64,000 nt of DNA from an uncultured Gemmatimonadales bacterium (lineage in GTDB: Bacteria; Gemmatimonadota; Gemmatimonadetes; Gemmatimonadales; Gemmatimonadaceae): assembly GCA_963850905.1 (NCBI GenBank), contig CAWKMU010000003.1:2080001-2144000 (forward strand), read 5' to 3'. Position numbers and translations under genes: made by a program. Position 1 is the first letter of the stretch. Each line of letters starts with the position of its first letter. The notes beneath the pieces are model-generated. The model had not been told where the DNA came from and did not search any database. It saw only the letters and a list, made by a program, of their open reading frames with translations. Below, one piece after another: positions 30,200-43,060 of this stretch.

Positions 30200-30947
30200 G
30201 TGAAGATCGAGAAGACGTTCACGATCAGGGCTCCCGCGACCGCGGTGTGGACATTCCTCACCGACCCGCATCGAGTCGCGCGTGCATTGCCGGGTGCCGC
30301 GATCACGGGACAGATCGATCCGGCGACCTATGCGGGAACGATCACGGTCAAGGTGGGCCCAATCGCGACCAGCTACCGCGGCAAGATGCACTTCGAGCGT
30401 CTCGATGCGCCGTCCGGAACTGCGCAGATCGTCGCGTCGGGGCAGGATGTGCGCGGCAAGGGCGGAGCGCAGATGCGGATGACGAGCCACGTGTCGGAGG
30501 GGACGCCAGGGCAGACGGAGGTCAGTGTCGAGTCGGACGTCGCGATCACTGGGCTGCTCGCGCAGATGGGGCGCGGCATGATCGAGGACGTCAGCAATCA
30601 GAATGTTCGAGCGGTTCAGCGCGGCGATGCAGGCCGAGCTCGAGTCAGCGCCGACTGCCGGCGAGGGCGTCGACCCCGCCCCGGGAGGGACCGCCGAGGG
30701 GACGATCAGCGGAGACGAGACACGAACGCCGGTTGACGAGCCAGCCGCTACGGGTGCGGCATCTCCCGACAGGGCGTCGGTTGCGTCGCCTGCGGCCGCG
30801 ACGACCGCGGGAGCGCCGCCGATCGAGGTGGTGTCGTTCGGCAGCCAATTGGTGGCGCGAGCGCTGGGGCGCACGGCACGACGCCCAAGCGTGTGGGTGG
30901 CCGCGATACTGCTGGCGGTCGTGCTCTACTGGGTGTGGATGCGGTAG
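30200..30947 (+). CDS. coxG: CoxG (SRPBCC domain, low-complexity linker, C-terminal TM anchor); +1 frameshift at 30600-30605
   Basis: VWTFLTDP...ALPGA...VKVGPI...GLLAQMGRGMIEDVSNQ|MFERFS joins on removing one A (248 aa); TM tail VWVAAILLAVVLYWVWMR. Confidence 0.85.
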
Positions 30948-30975
30948 ACAAGTCGTATTACCGGAGGAAGCGCTC

Positions 30976-31848
30976 ATGATTCCCGCTGCTTTCGATTACC
31001 ACGCACCAACCACTCTGCCCGAAGCCGTTGCGCTCCTCGAACGGTACGGCGAGGGTGCCAAGGTGCTGTCGGGAGGGCAGAGCCTCCTCCCCATGCTCAA
31101 GCTCCGGTTGGCCCAGGTCGATCACCTGGTCGACATCGGGCGCATTCCGGGGCTGGAGTACATCAAGGAAGAGGGCGGCTTTCTCCGGATCGGTGGCGGT
31201 ACTCGCGAGGCCTCGCTCGAGCGATCTGAGCTCATCAGCTCGCGGTATCCCATTTTGCTGGACACCGCGGGGGTCATCGCCGATCCGTTGGTTCGCAATC
31301 GGGCGACAGTCGGAGGCAATCTCGCACACGGGGATCCCGCGAACGACCACCCGGCGACAATGCTGGCGCTGGACGCGGTGGTCGTCGTCCGCGGGCCCAA
31401 GGGTGAACGCACGATCCCCGTTGGGCAACTCTTCACCGGCATTCTCACGACGTCTCTCGCGCCGACCGAGATCCTGACCGAGATCAGGATTCCGATCCCC
31501 CCGCCCGACAGCGGCGGCGCGTATGTGAAGCTCGAACGCAAGGTCGGTGACTTTGCCACCGTCGGCGCGGCCGCGCAGGTCACGCTGGGAAAGAACGGAG
31601 CGGTCGAACGCGTAGGGATCGGCCTCACGAACGCGGGGCCGACGCCCATTAAGGCAACCGAAGCTGAGCGATCACTGGTTGGCAAGCAGCCGGACAAGGC
31701 GGCGCTCGACGCGGCGGGCGCGCTCGCCGCGCGCGCGGCCGCGCCCACGGCGGACCGACGAGGAGCAGTCGACTACAAGCGGGAGATGGCGCGAGTGCTC
31801 ACAACGCGAGCGCTCACAATGGCGGTCGAACGGGCGAGAGGGCACTAA
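30976..31848 (+). CDS. coxM: CO dehydrogenase medium (FAD) subunit
   Basis: [59 protein letters not shown]. Confidence 0.95.
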   Translation: MIPAAFDYHAPTTLPEAVALLERYGEGAKVLSGGQSLLPMLKLRLAQVDHLVDIGRIPGLEYIKEEGGFLRIGGGTREASLERSELISSRYPILLDTAGVIADPLVRNRATVGGNLAHGDPANDHPATMLALDAVVVVRGPKGERTIPVGQLFTGILTTSLAPTEILTEIRIPIPPPDSGGAYVKLERKVGDFATVGAAAQVTLGKNGAVERVGIGLTNAGPTPIKATEAERSLVGKQPDKAALDAAGALAARAAAPTADRRGAVDYKREMARVLTTRALTMAVERARGH

Positions 31849-31850
31849 CC

Positions 31851-32321
31851 ATGGCCAAACACCACCTGCGTCTGACAATCAACGGAACGCCTCACGAGGC
31901 GGACGTCGACTCTCGTCTGCTTCTGGTCCACCTGCTGCGCGACACATTGCGGCTGACGGGCACCCACATTGGCTGCGATACCACGCACTGCGGCGCGTGC
32001 ACCGTGTTGCTCGATGGAGAGCCGGTCAAATCCTGCACCGTGCTCGCCGTCCAGGCCGACGGGCGAGAGCTCATGACCGTGGAAGGGCTGGAGCAGAACG
32101 GAGCGCTCAACCCAATCCAGGAGGGTTTCCACGAGGAGCACGGCCTGCAATGCGGCTACTGCACCCCGGGGATGATGATGGCGGGATATGCGCTCCTGAA
32201 ACGCACCCGCGACCCGAGTGAGGGGGAGATTCGGCACGCCATCTCCGGCAATCTGTGCCGGTGCACCGGATACGTGAACATCGTCAAGTCCATCCAGTAC
32301 GCCGCCGCGAAGCAGCGGTAG
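31851..32321 (+). CDS. coxS: CO dehydrogenase small (2x[2Fe-2S]) subunit
   Basis: [37 protein letters not shown]. Confidence 0.96.
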   Translation: MAKHHLRLTINGTPHEADVDSRLLLVHLLRDTLRLTGTHIGCDTTHCGACTVLLDGEPVKSCTVLAVQADGRELMTVEGLEQNGALNPIQEGFHEEHGLQCGYCTPGMMMAGYALLKRTRDPSEGEIRHAISGNLCRCTGYVNIVKSIQYAAAKQR

Positions 32322-32332
32322 GGAGTTTCCAT

Positions 32333-34701
<2,369 letters not shown>

Positions 34702-34747
34702 CAACCTCGGCCGCCAGGCGTAAGATGGTGCCACGATCCGCGGGCGG

Positions 34748-35236
34748 ATGACCGCGGGCGGGCCCAACCCTCGGCGCATGAAAGCGGCTGGCGTCGTGCC
34801 CGCCCCGTTCACGTCTTATGCGTACTACAACGCCGACAAGTTCCACTTCTACGGCGAAGACTTGATGCGTCGGTGCATGGCGTTTCGCTCTTTCGCGGAC
34901 GCTGGCGTTCCCGCGGCGGCGGGCTCGGACTTCCCGCCGGGTCCGTTCGCTCCCCTCATGGGTATGCAAGGCATGGTGACCCGTACGGGCTGGAACGGCG
35001 AGACTTGGGGAGCGAACCAGCGCATCACCGTGGACCAGGCTCTCCAGGTGATGACGATCAACGGCGCCCACGCTTCGTTCGAGGAGGAGAGCAAGGGATC
35101 GATCACGCCAGGCAAGTTTGCCGACTTCGTGATCCTGGCGGACGATCCGCACACGGTGGACGCGAGCAAGATCAAGGACATCGAGGTCGTGCGGACCGTG
35201 ACGGGCGGCAACACGGTCTACTCGGCCACCACCTAG
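34748..35236 (+). pseudogene. 3' fragment of amidohydrolase-3 (YtcJ-like) family protein
   Basis: GSDFP, TINGAHASFEE..KGSITPGKFADFVIL, RTVTGG. Only about 160 aa; the N-terminal HxH metal site is absent, and the fragment starts 46 nt after the coxL stop. Confidence 0.8.
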
Positions 35237-35240
35237 AACG

Positions 35241-36566
35241 TCATACCACGCGGCGCGGCAGCAGCGGGTTGAGGTGCATCGACAGATCGTATACCGAGGT
35301 GCCGCACGCCGCGGCGACGTCCTCGGGGCGTGACCCGGGCTGGGCATCGAACATCGTCGCCACATCGCCGATCTTGACGCGCGGCTCGTTCGCTGCTGCT
35401 GTGAGGAACGTGCTATCGACCCCGAGCTCCGCGATGCAGTGGCTGGCCGACACGGCCGCGATCAGCGGATACAACTCCCCATTGATGCGGATCTTGGCGC
35501 CCTTGGCGGCCACCCGCGGCCACCCATCGGCATGTCCAACCGGGACCGTCGCGACCCAGACCTCGTCGCTCGCCGTATATGCACGGTCGTACCCAGCCGT
35601 GTCGCCCTTGCGCAGGCGCTTGACGTACGCGACGCGCGCCTTGAGACTGATCGCCGGGTGCAGCTCCATCACGCCGCTCTGGCGGAACTGGTTCTCGGGA
35701 TACATGCCGTAAATGGCCATGCCGGGGCGCACCATGTCGAGGAACGCATCGGGCTGCTGAAACAGCCCGAAACTGGAGGCTGCGTGTTTGGCGCCGAGGG
35801 CGACGCCGTCGCGCTCGAGACCGCCACAGACGTCCTGGAATCGGCGGAGCTGCTCCGGGTCGAGATCTGCATCCTCGGTAAAGGTCATCATCGTCCCACG
35901 AATCTCGATCGACCGGTGGGTCGCGAGCTCGCGGACGAGCGGTGCTGCATCGCGGTACGGCACGCCGACCCGACCGAGACCAGTATCAATGCAGACATGA
36001 ATCGGGATACGCCGCTGTCGCTTGGCCGCAATCCGATCGAGTGCCGGTCCCATCGGGGTGTACACCATCGGCATCACATCCCGCGCGACGGCATCCGCGA
36101 GGTTGGTCTCATCCACGGGGCCCAGCAGCAGAATTGGTTTGCGGATTGCCGCGTCACGAAGAGTCATGGCCTCGTGCAGCTTCACCACGGCAAACCCGGC
36201 GATCGAGGGCTCGGGCTCGAGTAGCCGAGCGACGGTGGCGACGCCCGTGCCGTAGCCGTCGTTCTTGATCACGGCCAGGATCGGCCGCGAGGCCACGCGT
36301 CGCGAGATCTCGAGCACGTTGTGGTGTAGGTGGTCCGCAGAGACCTCGACCCATGGATCGAACGACGAGTCACGGGACGCCACACTCGTCGTCGGCGCGG
36401 ACGCCGTGTCCGGTCGAGCAGCCTCGCCCAAGATACCGCGCGCTGCCCGCAGCGCCGCAGGCAGGCCCAGCCCGCCAGCGAGGATAGATCGCCGCGAGAG
36501 ACTCATCGCTTTCGACGGAGTGCCGGGTCCATCACTCCGATCCGCCGGTGACTGGCGATCTGACAT
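35241..36566 (-). CDS. Alanine racemase-family PLP enzyme with Tat signal peptide (start may be 36506)
   Basis: SRRSILAGGLG twin-arginine motif; AVIKNDGYGTG (PLP Lys), IDTGLGRVG, HAASS, MVRPG, TAGYDRAY, PVGHADG. Confidence 0.85.
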   Translation of the reverse strand: MSDRQSPADRSDGPGTPSKAMSLSRRSILAGGLGLPAALRAARGILGEAARPDTASAPTTSVASRDSSFDPWVEVSADHLHHNVLEISRRVASRPILAVIKNDGYGTGVATVARLLEPEPSIAGFAVVKLHEAMTLRDAAIRKPILLLGPVDETNLADAVARDVMPMVYTPMGPALDRIAAKRQRRIPIHVCIDTGLGRVGVPYRDAAPLVRELATHRSIEIRGTMMTFTEDADLDPEQLRRFQDVCGGLERDGVALGAKHAASSFGLFQQPDAFLDMVRPGMAIYGMYPENQFRQSGVMELHPAISLKARVAYVKRLRKGDTAGYDRAYTASDEVWVATVPVGHADGWPRVAAKGAKIRINGELYPLIAAVSASHCIAELGVDSTFLTAAANEPRVKIGDVATMFDAQPGSRPEDVAAACGTSVYDLSMHLNPLLPRRVV

Positions 36567-38424
36567 TCATGACACTGCGATACATCGCCTGTTGCGCCTG
36601 GGACGGATTGGGCGCCGGGGCGAGCATGTATCCAGGATGTGGATTGTCCGCGAGGGTCACGGGGACTTGGCGCACGAGGTCATGGTGCAGCACCGTGAAT
36701 GTCACACGCTCCCCCGAACGTCTCGTGCTGAGCGAGCGTTCGATGCTGTCCCGATCGCCTGATTGGTCGTCGAGTGCGACCACAACGTCGCCCCGATCGA
36801 GGCCGCCCTGTTCGGCCGGGCTCCCGGGAATGATGTTGCCGATGACTGGCCGGCCGTCGGTGGCCGTCGCCAGCACGATGCCCGACCAGCCGTGTGTCGA
36901 TGCAACCCGCTTCACGTCGATTCCCGCGTAACCGAAGTCGCGCTCGTAGGGCAACGGGTCCTTGCCGTAGAGGTAGCGGCGGAAAAACTCGCTCATGTCG
37001 CTGCCGGTAACCTCGGACGCGACGTGGACCACGTCACTGTCCGCAAACCCCGGCTTCGGAAGCGCGAAGCGCTGATACATGACCCGCATCCAATCGTCGA
37101 GAGATTTCTGGTCGTTCGTGCGCTGACGGATTTCGAGATCGAGCAACACGCCCAGGGCTTGACCCCCGTCGTAGTAGGAGTAGTTCGTGTTGAGAATGTT
37201 TGTGGCCAGGTTCCCCGGTCCCGCGCTGCCGCCAATGTAGCCGAACCAGGTGTCCCAACTGGTTTCGGCGATGCTGCGCTCCGTTCGTCCCGGCATTGCG
37301 TCCAGCGCGCTCATCATGCGACCGACGTACCCCAGGTACTGTTCCGGAGTCCAGTACCCAGAGCGGAGCAACGCGAGACAGGCGTAGTACGACGTCAGGC
37401 CCTCCGAGATCCACAATGACGGCGTGTGCACCATCTGCGTGTAGTCGAACGGGCCCAGTGGGCGCGGCCGCAGACGCTTGACATTCCAGGCGTGAAAGAG
37501 CTCGTGGACAGCGACGAAGACCTTCGCCTCATAGACGTTGGTCACGTAGTCGTGGGTCGTGGTGGTGCTGTCACCCCAGTCCCGCGAATACGAGATCTTG
37601 GTCGAGTTCAAATGCTCCGTGCCGCCACCGAGCCCGTTGCCGGGCGCGATGTGGATGAGGAACCAGTAGTCCGGGAACGGCGCAGCGAGCGGGCCACCGA
37701 CCGCCGGCGCCAGAATCGGCACCAGGCCCTTCTCGATGATGCGTTGCATGTCGCGAGTGAACTGCGTGTAATCCTGCTTCCCCATCTCGTCGTGCACGAT
37801 GAAGTGGTACGTCGTGCCGAGAACTGAAATGTCCTTCTCCGTGAATGCAGCAATCTCGATCGGGCAGTCGGCAAACCAGTCGTAGTCGGCTGCCCGAAAC
37901 ATCGTCGCACCCATGCGGTTGAGGCCCGTTGCGATCTTCCAGTCTCCGGGAAGCTGCGACGTATTGATGGTGAGCTCGATGGGCCGCTCCTTCCCATCAA
38001 CCTGGTACATCCAGACGGCAGGGCCATTGATGGCGACGTGCCGGTCGTCGTATTGGATAGACCCGAGCGAATTCGAATAGACCCTGTAGTGGATGACAGC
38101 ACCACCCGTAGCGCGTAGGTCCACCTCCCAGGTCTGTGCGTCGGTCTTGCGCCAGGGAAGCGCATGGCCAGCGCTGTCGCTCGCACTGAAGTCCTGCACT
38201 TCCGTTGCGAAATTCCGCACGCCATACGCGCCGGGGCCCCAGACGGGGAGCGAGAAGCGCACGGTTTTTCCCACAAGCCCGCTCGAGCGAATGGTGACAT
38301 CCACCAGGTGGGTATTCCATCGCTCGAACCCGAGCTCGTAACGGAGCGGCTGCGCAGCAACACACACGGCCGGGAACAGGGGGCTCAGGGCGACCGCAGC
38401 CCACGCGTACCTGAAGGAGCGCAT
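36532..38424 (-). CDS. M61 family metallopeptidase (glycyl aminopeptidase-like) with PDZ domain
   Basis: Signal peptide; PVWGPGAY, GGTEH, HELFHAWN (HExxH), WISEGLTSYY; PDZ PGSPAEQGGLDRGD. Confidence 0.93.
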   Translation of the reverse strand: MRSFRYAWAAVALSPLFPAVCVAAQPLRYELGFERWNTHLVDVTIRSSGLVGKTVRFSLPVWGPGAYGVRNFATEVQDFSASDSAGHALPWRKTDAQTWEVDLRATGGAVIHYRVYSNSLGSIQYDDRHVAINGPAVWMYQVDGKERPIELTINTSQLPGDWKIATGLNRMGATMFRAADYDWFADCPIEIAAFTEKDISVLGTTYHFIVHDEMGKQDYTQFTRDMQRIIEKGLVPILAPAVGGPLAAPFPDYWFLIHIAPGNGLGGGTEHLNSTKISYSRDWGDSTTTTHDYVTNVYEAKVFVAVHELFHAWNVKRLRPRPLGPFDYTQMVHTPSLWISEGLTSYYACLALLRSGYWTPEQYLGYVGRMMSALDAMPGRTERSIAETSWDTWFGYIGGSAGPGNLATNILNTNYSYYDGGQALGVLLDLEIRQRTNDQKSLDDWMRVMYQRFALPKPGFADSDVVHVASEVTGSDMSEFFRRYLYGKDPLPYERDFGYAGIDVKRVASTHGWSGIVLATATDGRPVIGNIIPGSPAEQGGLDRGDVVVALDDQSGDRDSIERSLSTRRSGERVTFTVLHHDLVRQVPVTLADNPHPGYMLAPAPNPSQAQQAMYRSVMNVRSPVTGGSE

Positions 38425-38544
38425 GACTTTCTCCGGTTGTCGTACCCGCGTCGAACCAGCGTCGGGACCCCCAACCTATCCCGCTAGCGACCCGGTGGCG
38501 AGCGCCCGGCCCCGGAGGCGAAGGCCTGGCCGCCCGGCACGGCC

Positions 38545-39069
38545 GGATCCGCGGCCTATTTCAAACACGGGCCGGTTGACTCCTTCGCAGTTGTGCATCT
38601 CGCGACTCACGCCATCGTGGATGAGCGCACGGTCGCACGAACCGCACTGGCCCTTGTCGGCGGTCACGGAGGGAGCGGGTTCGTCACTCCGGCGGACTTG
38701 GCGAGACGCCCACTCCGAGCCGACCTGGTGGTGCTGTCCGCGTGTCGCGCTGCAGGTGGCGTGCTCGTGGCCGGAGAAGGTGTGCAAGGCCTCACGGCGC
38801 CGATCCTGGCCGCCGGCGCTCGGGCCGTCGTGGCGTCACAGTGGGAGATCGGGGACCGCGCGACCGTACGATTCATGCGTGAGTTCTATCACGCGCTCGC
38901 CGCGGGCAGCCCCGCCGACGAGGCACTTCGACTTGCGGGCCTCCACGAGATGCGGAACGGGGGATCGCCGACGCAGTGGGCGGCGTTCACGATTACCGGA
39001 GACCCGGCTGTGCGGGAACAGCTGGTCGTCCCGCGCTTCGAATGGCTGTGGCGCGTCCTCGGACGTTGA
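38545..39069 (+). pseudogene. 3' fragment of CHAT-domain (caspase-like) protein
   Basis: VVHLATH (His), LVVLSAC (Cys), GEGVQGL, GARAVVASQW, QWAAFTITGD. In-frame TAG at 38485; the N-terminal half of CHAT and any TPR region are absent. Confidence 0.78.
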
Positions 39070-39149
39070 CGACAGCCTCCCGCCCGGGCCCTCGAGCATT
39101 ACGTTCTGTCGCTCCTCGTCGAGCCCTTCATGGCCGGCACGCCGACGAG

Positions 39150-39639
39150 TTAGAGCGTGAGGAACATGATGTAGGCGTCGACGAACCCCTTCGTCGGGTG
39201 GGCGAACGCGCGTGGCAGCGTGCCGACGATCGCGAAACCGAGCTCCTTGTACAGCCGGATCGCTCGTTCGTTGGTGCTGATGACGAAGTTGTATTGGATA
39301 CCGTGGAACCCGAGCGCGCGTGCTCGTGCGATCGAGTCCTCGCACATGGTGCGTCCAACGCCGCGGCCGCTCGCCCACGGGCCCACCATGTATCCGCAGT
39401 TCGCAATGTGTGAACCGCCAGCCGGACGGACCCTTCGCACGCAGTACGTGCCGAGCACCTCACCGGTGTCCTCGGCGACGTAGACGCTCAATGCCGCGTC
39501 GAACCAGTAGGCGAGTGCCTGGTCGCGCGTCATGTCACGCGGCAGGGCGTACGTCTCCCCACTTTGAATGATGGGCGCCATCACACGCCAGAATGGCATC
39601 GCGGTCGTCCGCACCAGCGAGCCGAACATGGAGTGGCAC
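39150..39639 (-). CDS. GNAT family N-acetyltransferase; +1 frameshift at 39590-39595
   Basis: GAGG RBS and GTG at 39639 give MPLHVRLAGADDRDAI|WRVMAPII on removing one base (162 aa); GETYA, ANCGYMV, GRGVG, FVISTNERA. Confidence 0.87.
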
Positions 39640-39722
39640 GCTCAATCCTCTATCTCACGCAAAAAACGGTGCCGGCTGACGGCTGCACGGGCCTGTGCCG
39701 TGATCGGTTGTGGCGAGCTCCC

Positions 39723-41264
39723 TCACACGGGCACCCCCGCTGTCTCCGGCGTCTCCGGCGCCCACTGGTCATCGCGAGTGCGGTCAACTGCCCACGAGGT
39801 CAAATGTCTCCTGATCACGACTGACGCGACGGCCCAGTACGCGAGGAAGGCGGGCAGGAACTGCCGGAAGCGCCAGTCAAAGAAGCGGACCGGCATTGCG
39901 GTTGTTCGTCCGGTGATGAAGCGCGGCAGCACGTAATCCGTGATTTCATTGGGCACATACGAGTCGAACACGTTGCTCGACGCACACATGAGTGCGAGGA
40001 CTAGACTGACACTACCTAGCGCGAGCGCGGCGGTGCGCCAGTGGCGTTGTGGCGAGAGCCAGAGGAAACCAAGCGGCAAGCAGGCGAAGGGGAGCATGGC
40101 CACAATGTGCCGCGGGCCCGTCGAATAGCCGCCGTTCCAATAGAAATAGGAGGCGTTGAGGGTAAGGTAGTATGCCACGATCAGTGTCACTGTAAGCGCC
40201 AACCCGCGATCTGCCGATCGTCGGTTCATCTGCGCAATCGCGACCGGCACGAGCAGCAGGAGTGGGCACAGGAGCAGGATGCCTCGCTGCACACCGAAGG
40301 TGATCTCGTACAACACGTGCAGGCTCGGTAACCCAATGCCAAGCAGCCCTTGCCGCATGCCGGGGAACCCCTGGACGGATTCGTAGCCGAGGTGCCACGG
40401 AGCCCCAAACGCGAGCCAGTCGTAGAGGAACAACGGGCTGGCGCACACGAGGGTTGTAATCAGCGCACACGCAACCGGCACGCGCCACCGTTCGGAAAAC
40501 AGGTGGACCCGGCGCGCCTGATGGACGGCGATGATGAGGGCGACCGGAGCCGCGGTGAATTCGGTCATCACGGCCCAAGTAAGAAACGCCGTGCCGATCG
40601 CAATTGTCGCAAGAGCGCGGCGACTCGAAGGATTGCGCTCCAGCGTCTGGAAGCAGGCGAATCCCAGGAACGACAGGGCTCCAGCCGGCGCGTGCCCAAT
40701 GAACACCGTCGCCCAGCCAAACGTCGGACTAGCGAGCCCATACGCCCCAGCGGCGAAGGCCGCTCCCCATGGGCTGCCCCACAGGTTGAGCGTCACCAAG
40801 AAGAGCGCCCCCACCGCGAGCGCCACCAGGAGCGAAGACGTCGAAAGCCCGGCGGCGTACACGAGCCGGTCGTAGCTGAGACCGGACGGGGATGTTTCGG
40901 CCGCACTGTCGTGCGCGTATCGTTGCCGATCCGACGACGTCCACAGCAGGGCCGCGGCTGGAACGGCCATGAAGCTCAGCCCCGGCGCTTTGTCCGAGTA
41001 GAAGTGCCCGTCGCGGTACGCCCTATCGATCGTGAATTTGGCGTACCGGTCGATGGTCAGCTGATGGTGTCGAGTGATCGACTCCGTGAGAGCGATCCGA
41101 CTGATGACGTTACCCGTTCGTGGATCCTGGATGAAGCTGGCGTAAGTGAGGAACGCCGTCAGCGCCAGCAGCGCGGCCGCGCGGACCAATGGCCGAGCCA
41201 GCGCGGGGTCGGTGCGGGTCGCAACGCCTTGGGCGGGTGCGGCTTGACGTGCTATGTGGCCCAT
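39723..41264 (-). CDS. Polytopic membrane protein, GT-C-like glycosyltransferase candidate
   Basis: About 10-12 TM helices; periplasmic loop YSDKAPGLS; WNGGYSTGPRH. Confidence 0.65.
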   Translation of the reverse strand: MGHIARQAAPAQGVATRTDPALARPLVRAAALLALTAFLTYASFIQDPRTGNVISRIALTESITRHHQLTIDRYAKFTIDRAYRDGHFYSDKAPGLSFMAVPAAALLWTSSDRQRYAHDSAAETSPSGLSYDRLVYAAGLSTSSLLVALAVGALFLVTLNLWGSPWGAAFAAGAYGLASPTFGWATVFIGHAPAGALSFLGFACFQTLERNPSSRRALATIAIGTAFLTWAVMTEFTAAPVALIIAVHQARRVHLFSERWRVPVACALITTLVCASPLFLYDWLAFGAPWHLGYESVQGFPGMRQGLLGIGLPSLHVLYEITFGVQRGILLLCPLLLLVPVAIAQMNRRSADRGLALTVTLIVAYYLTLNASYFYWNGGYSTGPRHIVAMLPFACLPLGFLWLSPQRHWRTAALALGSVSLVLALMCASSNVFDSYVPNEITDYVLPRFITGRTTAMPVRFFDWRFRQFLPAFLAYWAVASVVIRRHLTSWAVDRTRDDQWAPETPETAGVPV

Positions 41265-41519
41265 GGATCGTTGCACCAGTGACCCTTCCGCCTCGATGAT
41301 GGTCACACATGCCAATCCAGCACTGGCCCCCCACGCAGGGCTCCCAAACTTGGACGCTCTCCCTCCCCGGCGGAAGCGCGGCATCGCCGGAGTAGCGGAG
41401 AATTGATGCAGTGAGAGACTGGCGCGAGCGGGCGGCCACCACGCGATGTCACCTCAGGTGGCCTGGTCGGCACCACCGTGTATGTTGTACCGGCACCGTT
41501 CCGTTCAAGGAGAATCGGG

Positions 41520-42908
41520 ATGCTCAAGACAGTGATCGCCGGCACCGCTCTGATCTTGACGGCGGCAGCGACGGCAACACGCGAGACGCCGGGCACGGTA
41601 CCCGATGGTTTTACCTTCGCTGCCGGTGGCGATTTGATCGGCCCGTACCACACGCTGCAGGGGGTTGACGATCGCCCGTTTCTCACCGGCGTCGTGCCAC
41701 TGTTCAAGAGCGCCGATCTCGGGTTCGCGAATCAGGAAGGGTCGATCTTCGATCTCAAGCCCTTCCAGGGGTCGCCAGCAGCAGAGAACGGGGGTGGCAT
41801 ACCGCTCTCGCCACTCGCCGTGGCAGGTGATCTCAAGGGCATGGGTATCACGATCGTCTCCAAGGCCAATAACCACGCCACGGACTGGGGCACTGAAGGA
41901 CTGGTCGTTACGCAACAGTCACTGACCGCGGCCGGCATCGCCTTCGCTGGGAGCGGGATGAGCGAGGCCGAGGCACGCGCCCCGGGTTATGTCGAGACCT
42001 CCAAAGGCAAGGCGGCGCTCGTCTCGACCGCATCCACCTTCACGCGGATGTCCGTTGCCGGCCCGCCCGGGACGCGGCGCGGCGAACCCACGCGTGCGCG
42101 CCCCGGGATCAGTGCGCTGCACGTCGAAGAAATCCAGCTCCGCCCCGCCAACCAGATCGCCACACTCAGGCGCATCATGTACGGCGGGAGCGGGGAGACG
42201 CACGCGAAGCCCGGCGGTGCGAATCGCGATGAGGTGGAGGTCGGCGGCCAAATCTTCCGCGCCTCCGTGACCGGCAGCGCGACCTGGGAGCTGAACAAGA
42301 CCGACGAAGCCGCCGTGATCAATTCAGTGCACGAGGCGAGGCAGAACGCGAACTTCGTCCTGTTTGCGATTCACGCCCACGAAACAGGCGGGCCGCTCGT
42401 GGATCCGTTTCCGGGTCGCCTGGTCGACCCGACCAATGAAGCCCAGGCGTCTCCGAACGACCCGCACCCGGCCGATTTTGAGCCGGCGTTGTTCCACGCA
42501 GTGATCGACGCTGGTGCAGACGCCGTGGTCCGCACCGGTCCGCACCTGTTGAGCGGCATCGAGATCTACAAGGGGAAGCCGATCTTCTACAGTTTGGGCA
42601 GCCTGTTCTTCGATTTTCAGGGGCGCCGAACGTACACCGTGCCGAGCGGCCAGACCCTCACGTTCCCCGACGAGTGGTTCCAGACGGTCGTGCCAGTGAC
42701 GACGTACAAGGGCGGCAAGGTCAGTGAAATCAAGCTCTATCCGATGGAGATCGAATCGAGTGACACGCCGACGGGCGGGGCGCCGCATCCCGCCAGCCCC
42801 GACCAGGCGCGCCGCATTCTCGAGCGGCTGAAGACGCTCTCCGCCGCGTTTGGAACCGAGATCACCATCGAGAACGACATCGGCATCATCCGCATGCCGA
42901 CGACGTAA
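41520..42908 (+). CDS. Exported CapA/PgsA (PGA_cap) family metallophosphatase-fold protein
   Basis: AAGGAGA RBS; signal peptide; GGD, ANQE, ANNHATDWG, IHAHE, TGPH, YSLG. Confidence 0.88.
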   Translation: MLKTVIAGTALILTAAATATRETPGTVPDGFTFAAGGDLIGPYHTLQGVDDRPFLTGVVPLFKSADLGFANQEGSIFDLKPFQGSPAAENGGGIPLSPLAVAGDLKGMGITIVSKANNHATDWGTEGLVVTQQSLTAAGIAFAGSGMSEAEARAPGYVETSKGKAALVSTASTFTRMSVAGPPGTRRGEPTRARPGISALHVEEIQLRPANQIATLRRIMYGGSGETHAKPGGANRDEVEVGGQIFRASVTGSATWELNKTDEAAVINSVHEARQNANFVLFAIHAHETGGPLVDPFPGRLVDPTNEAQASPNDPHPADFEPALFHAVIDAGADAVVRTGPHLLSGIEIYKGKPIFYSLGSLFFDFQGRRTYTVPSGQTLTFPDEWFQTVVPVTTYKGGKVSEIKLYPMEIESSDTPTGGAPHPASPDQARRILERLKTLSAAFGTEITIENDIGIIRMPTT

Positions 42909-43060
42909 CCACGATCCGCCCAGCTAATGGTCTATCTCGGAGATGACTCGCAGGTCTCATGATGTGAAGCGTCGTCGCACAGGACATGGACTCGCGCGTT
43001 CTCCAGCATGCGGCCCTGTTGGCACGCGGCGACTGAGCGCACCAACAGGAGGCGCTGACA

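Noticed and set aside
41520..42908. Poly-gamma-glutamate capsule locus
   Set aside because: There is no capB/capC nearby, and stand-alone CapA-family genes are common.
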